In this document: positions 60,167-64,000 of the stretch, piece by piece | How positions within the stretch are numbered: the first letter of the stretch is position 1 | Layout of the letters: each line of letters starts with the position of its first letter | Source: Nitrosopumilus sp. | GTDB lineage: Archaea; Thermoproteota; Nitrososphaeria; Nitrososphaerales; Nitrosopumilaceae | NCBI GenBank assembly: GCA_965205425.1 | Contig: CBDBGZ010000009.1 | Coordinates: 960,001-1,024,000, forward strand | Reading direction: 5' to 3' | DNA length: 64,000 bases | Made by a program: the position numbers and the translations under genes | The notes under the pieces: generated by a model | The model's database searches: none | Told to the model about the DNA's origin: nothing | Seen by the model: only the letters and a program-made list of their open reading frames with translations

Positions 60167-61435
60167 TTAGCTTGCGATCTTACCAATCAGTCTTTTTACC
60201 GTTGCATCTGTGATTTCTACTATGTGTGATTGACCTAACTCTATATCATCTTCAACAGCTATAGGCTTGTATGCAAAGTTTCTACCCTTTATTCCTTCAT
60301 CTGTCATCTCATCAAATAGGACTTTGCCTTTCCAGCCGATCCATTTTTGGTTACTCTCCATAGACAATTTGTTGATCTGTTCAAAAATTATCTTGGTTCT
60401 TCGTTTAACTTCTGCAGCATCAATTTGTTCCCATTCTGCAGCATCCGTTCCAGGTCTTGCACTATACTTTGATAGATTCACGGTATCAGGTTTTGTTTCA
60501 TCAAGTAATGATATTGTTTTTTGAAATTCTTCTTCCGTTTCTGTAGGGAAACCTACAATGATATCTGTAGATATTGTGAAGTCTCCAAATCTTTCTTTCA
60601 CTTTACGAACGATTTCTCTATATGTTCCAGACGTGTGTCCTCGTTTCATATCATTTAGAACTTTATCACTTCCACTCTGAACTGGAATGTGTAAAAATTT
60701 GAAAACTTTGTCATTATCAAATGAATTAATTAAATTCTCTTTGATCCTTGGCATGTACATTGGATTCATCATTCCAACTCTTATCATAAAATCATCTGGA
60801 ATTTCTGTTACTGCATTTACAAGTGATGGTAAATCGGTTCCAATGTCAAACCCATAACATCCGTTATCTGTTGATGTTAACCAAACTTCTTTACATCCCT
60901 CTTTGATTTCAGTTTGAACTTGTCTTACAATATCTCCTAATCTGTAACTAGATAGATCTCCTTTTGATAATTTGGTTTGGCAAAAAGTACATTCACTCAT
61001 ACATCCACTTGCAATCTCTACAATTCCTACAGTTGGATTAAGTCTGACTTTGGGAAGTCCCACTTTTGATAAATCTGAATCCTCTAACGCAATTTGCTTT
61101 TGACCTCCTAATGTTGAATTAATCACTTGGAGTGTTTTTCCTAACGAATTTGGTCCTAGTAGACTGGCATTTTCTGAGAATTTCTCTACATTTTGTTTTT
61201 CTGCCTTTGGAAGACATCCTGCTACGATTAGTGGTTTTGTTTTCAGAGAATTTATCCTATACATCATCTTGTTTGCAGTGGAATCTTTAACAGAACATGT
61301 TACTACGATATTTAGATCCGATTCTAAAGAATTCTCAGCCAAAGTATGGCCTCCATTTAGGATTAGTCCTGAAATCATTTCGGAATCTGCAAAACTCGCA
61401 GAGCATCCGTAAGCTTCTACGAAAATTTTTGCCAT
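60167..61435 (-). CDS. tRNA methylthiotransferase (MiaB/MtaB-like, archaeal)
   Basis: YGCSAS.ADSE, TCSVK, GCMSECTFC, DIIVGFPTE, TRAM domain. Confidence 0.92.
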   Translation of the reverse strand: MAKIFVEAYGCSASFADSEMISGLILNGGHTLAENSLESDLNIVVTCSVKDSTANKMMYRINSLKTKPLIVAGCLPKAEKQNVEKFSENASLLGPNSLGKTLQVINSTLGGQKQIALEDSDLSKVGLPKVRLNPTVGIVEIASGCMSECTFCQTKLSKGDLSSYRLGDIVRQVQTEIKEGCKEVWLTSTDNGCYGFDIGTDLPSLVNAVTEIPDDFMIRVGMMNPMYMPRIKENLINSFDNDKVFKFLHIPVQSGSDKVLNDMKRGHTSGTYREIVRKVKERFGDFTISTDIIVGFPTETEEEFQKTISLLDETKPDTVNLSKYSARPGTDAAEWEQIDAAEVKRRTKIIFEQINKLSMESNQKWIGWKGKVLFDEMTDEGIKGRNFAYKPIAVEDDIELGQSHIVEITDATVKRLIGKIAS

Positions 61436-61438
61436 AAC

Positions 61439-62800
61439 TTATCCAAATAGAGAGTCTATCTCTTTGTTGCTCATTAGTTTCTTTGAAACTACAAGTTCTC
61501 TAATGGTCTTTCCTGTTTTCAGAGATTCTTTGAAAAGTTCTGCAGATTTTAGATATCCGATTTTTGGAGTTAACAATGTGACAATTACTGGACTGTTTTC
61601 AATGTCTGCACGCAATTTATCTTTGTTGGCTGTTAGTCCATCAATTAGATTTGCAGAAAATATTGGTAAGAAATTTTTTAACATATCAGTTGACTCTAAC
61701 ATACACTTTAGCATTCCAGGGAGCATTACGTTTAGCTCAAACTGTCCTCCATGTGCTGCATAAGAAACCGATGTATCATTTCCAATTATGTTAAAACAAA
61801 TCATGTTCATACATTCTGCTAAAGATGGGTTTACTTTTCCAGGCATGATTGAAGAGCCTGCATGTACTGCTGGTATTCCTAATTCTGCCAATCCTGCAAT
61901 TGGACCTGATGCCATGAGTCTAATGTCGTTGGCAATTTTTCCAATTTCTAATGCCAAGTTTCGTAAAGCACTAGATAGATTTGTAACTGCAAATTTACTT
62001 TGTAAACTATGTTGCATATCTTTTTCTGGCTTTAATGATAACTTTGAAATCTTTCCAAGTTCTGCTATGGCAATTTTCCTATAACCCTTTGGAGTATTTG
62101 CACCAGAACCTACTGCGGTTCCTCCTAATGCAACATTTTGTAATTCTTTTTGTGCATCTATAATTTCTTTTCTTGCTTTAGTAATTGACGTAACATATGC
62201 TTCGAATTCACTACCTAGTGTAACTGGCAATGCATCCATTAGATGGGTTCTTCCAATTTTTTTAAATGATGAAAATTGTTTTGCTTTTTTAGATAGTGAC
62301 TTTATTAAAATATCAATTGCAGGAATTGTTTCTTTGAGATTCATCAAAATTGCAACATGCATGGCAGTTGGGTATGTATCGTTACTTGATTGTGACATGT
62401 TGACATGGTCGTTTGGATGTAAGAATTCGTATTGACCTTTCTTTTTGTGAAGTACTTCTAATGCAACATTTGAAATAACTTCATTAGAATTCATGTTAAA
62501 TGCAGTACCTGCTCCGGAGTTTATCATATCTACAACAAATTGATCAACGTGTTTCCCAGATAGGATTTTGTCACATGCTGAAACGATTGCTTTTCCTCGT
62601 TTTGTATCAATTACTTTAGTTTTCATGTTTGCAACTGCAGCTGATCGTTTTATCATTACAAATGACTTTATCAAATTTTCATGGCTTTTGTTTCCTGTGA
62701 CATGATACTGTTTGATAGCTCTACCAGTAAATGCTCCATAGTATGCGTCAGCTGGGATTTTGACTTTTCCAAGTGAATCTTGATCTAATCTATATTTCAT
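61439..62800 (-). CDS. fumC: Class II fumarate hydratase/aspartase family
   Basis: HPNDHVNMSQSSND, GRTHLMDA, GSSIMPGKVNP. Confidence 0.85.
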   Translation of the reverse strand: MKYRLDQDSLGKVKIPADAYYGAFTGRAIKQYHVTGNKSHENLIKSFVMIKRSAAVANMKTKVIDTKRGKAIVSACDKILSGKHVDQFVVDMINSGAGTAFNMNSNEVISNVALEVLHKKKGQYEFLHPNDHVNMSQSSNDTYPTAMHVAILMNLKETIPAIDILIKSLSKKAKQFSSFKKIGRTHLMDALPVTLGSEFEAYVTSITKARKEIIDAQKELQNVALGGTAVGSGANTPKGYRKIAIAELGKISKLSLKPEKDMQHSLQSKFAVTNLSSALRNLALEIGKIANDIRLMASGPIAGLAELGIPAVHAGSSIMPGKVNPSLAECMNMICFNIIGNDTSVSYAAHGGQFELNVMLPGMLKCMLESTDMLKNFLPIFSANLIDGLTANKDKLRADIENSPVIVTLLTPKIGYLKSAELFKESLKTGKTIRELVVSKKLMSNKEIDSLFG

Positions 62801-62908
62801 GATGACTTTACTGAAATTTCTCCATTATTCATTCTTTTTCAGAATTAACCTCAAAACTACGTGCCAATAATGGGAATTATTATATAGGATTTGTAAGGTC
62901 GTTGCTTT

Positions 62909-64000
62909 ATGAATAAGCGTGTTAGTATGCTCTTCACAATTGCAGCAGTAGCTGTAATGGGAGCAACCTTATTCGGAAGCACATACACACAAACCCAGAT
63001 TGTTGGACAATCACTCGATATCAACAAAATGGATATTGATGTAATTGAACAAATACATCAAATGGGCGGTTTACAACTTGTAATGCCTCAAGCATTCGCA
63101 GAAACTGATTGTGGTGCATTAGAAAACTCTGGTAGAACCGTAGTTGAGTTTAACTTGACCGGTGAGAGTGTTGAACTTCCAATTATGGGAGGAAAAACTT
63201 TCAACGCCATGACCTTTAGTGGACAAGTCCCAGGACCAACACTAAGAGTTACACAAGGTGACGTTGTAAAGATGACACTTACAATTCCAGATGATGAAGT
63301 TACTGGACACGGTAACGACATGCACGCATCACAAATGTCAGCAGGAAACTTTGAATCCGTTAATCCGGGTGAAACAAGTCAATACTGTTACATTGCTGAA
63401 TCTGCTGGTGTTTTCAAATACCACTGTTCTGGTGTCAAACTAATTGGTATGGACCAACACGTTCTTTCCGGCATGTACGGAATTGCAATCGTTGATCCAA
63501 TCAATGGATACAAGAAACTAATGGTAGAGAAAACCTCAGTTAATGGTAGCGAAGTTTCATTAGACAGAATGTTCTATGATGCAGACGCATTAGAGTTCCA
63601 ACTCCAATACAACCAAATGTACCTAACACCTGAAGGTAATTATGATGCCGGCGCAATGTTTGGCCATCAAAATACTGCATCAGTTGTTAATGGAATGCAA
63701 TTTGGTTATGTACCAAACATGGCTCATAATTTACTCGTCAATGGCGATGTAAACAAGAACATCTTTGTTGCACAACCTTGGAATGGACTTGAACACAAGC
63801 AATACCAATCACAACTCTTGTTTGTTGAAAATGATCAACACGTGAGACTCTTTATCGAAAACCACGGTAACGAACCACTATTCTTCCACATTGTTGGAGA
63901 AATCTTGGACAGAGTTACCCAAGGTAACAGAGTACAATCCGCAGCAACTGAAACATGGTTACTCGGAGGTTCACAAAACATGATTGTTGACTTGGTCTTT
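62909..64000 (+). CDS. nirK: Copper-containing nitrite reductase (3' end outside window; not in ORF track)
   Basis: Signal peptide MNKRVSMLFTIAAVAVMG; FSGQVPGPTLRVTQGD, HGNDMHA, FKYHC..MDQHVLSGMYG copper ligands. Confidence 0.93.
   Translation, partial: MNKRVSMLFTIAAVAVMGATLFGSTYTQTQIVGQSLDINKMDIDVIEQIHQMGGLQLVMPQAFAETDCGALENSGRTVVEFNLTGESVELPIMGGKTFNAMTFSGQVPGPTLRVTQGDVVKMTLTIPDDEVTGHGNDMHASQMSAGNFESVNPGETSQYCYIAESAGVFKYHCSGVKLIGMDQHVLSGMYGIAIVDPINGYKKLMVEKTSVNGSEVSLDRMFYDADALEFQLQYNQMYLTPEGNYDAGAMFGHQNTASVVNGMQFGYVPNMAHNLLVNGDVNKNIFVAQPWNGLEHKQYQSQLLFVENDQHVRLFIENHGNEPLFFHIVGEILDRVTQGNRVQSAATETWLLGGSQNMIVDLVF

Overview
Chromosomal segment of an ammonia-oxidizing archaeon of the Nitrosopumilus type (Nitrososphaerota/Thaumarchaeota). 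The lineage call rests on type IB topoisomerase, divergent FtsZ, the ADP-forming 3-hydroxypropionyl-CoA synthetase/dehydratase pair, AOA-type NirK and an S-layer-like protein. Most of the window is core genome: translation and RNA modification, RadA, DnaG, proteasome alpha, GDH, a LysW-dependent Lys/Arg cluster, split MetH, an ABC transporter and two tRNAs (one with a 30/31 intron). The accessory signal is concentrated around radA (about 0.95-6.3 kb): a 3 x 32-bp palindromic array, a transposase-less element with IS6-like ends and an 8-bp duplication carrying passenger ORFs and a nested ISH3 element, a palindrome over the radA start, and an IS1595 element splitting a secreted-protein gene. An intact IS481 element with a 15-bp duplication lies at 35.4-36.5 kb. 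The Lys/Arg cluster has two LysW carriers, and the one coupled to LysX ends in EDWGQ instead of the canonical EDWGE. All family calls come from motif recognition; no database search was run.
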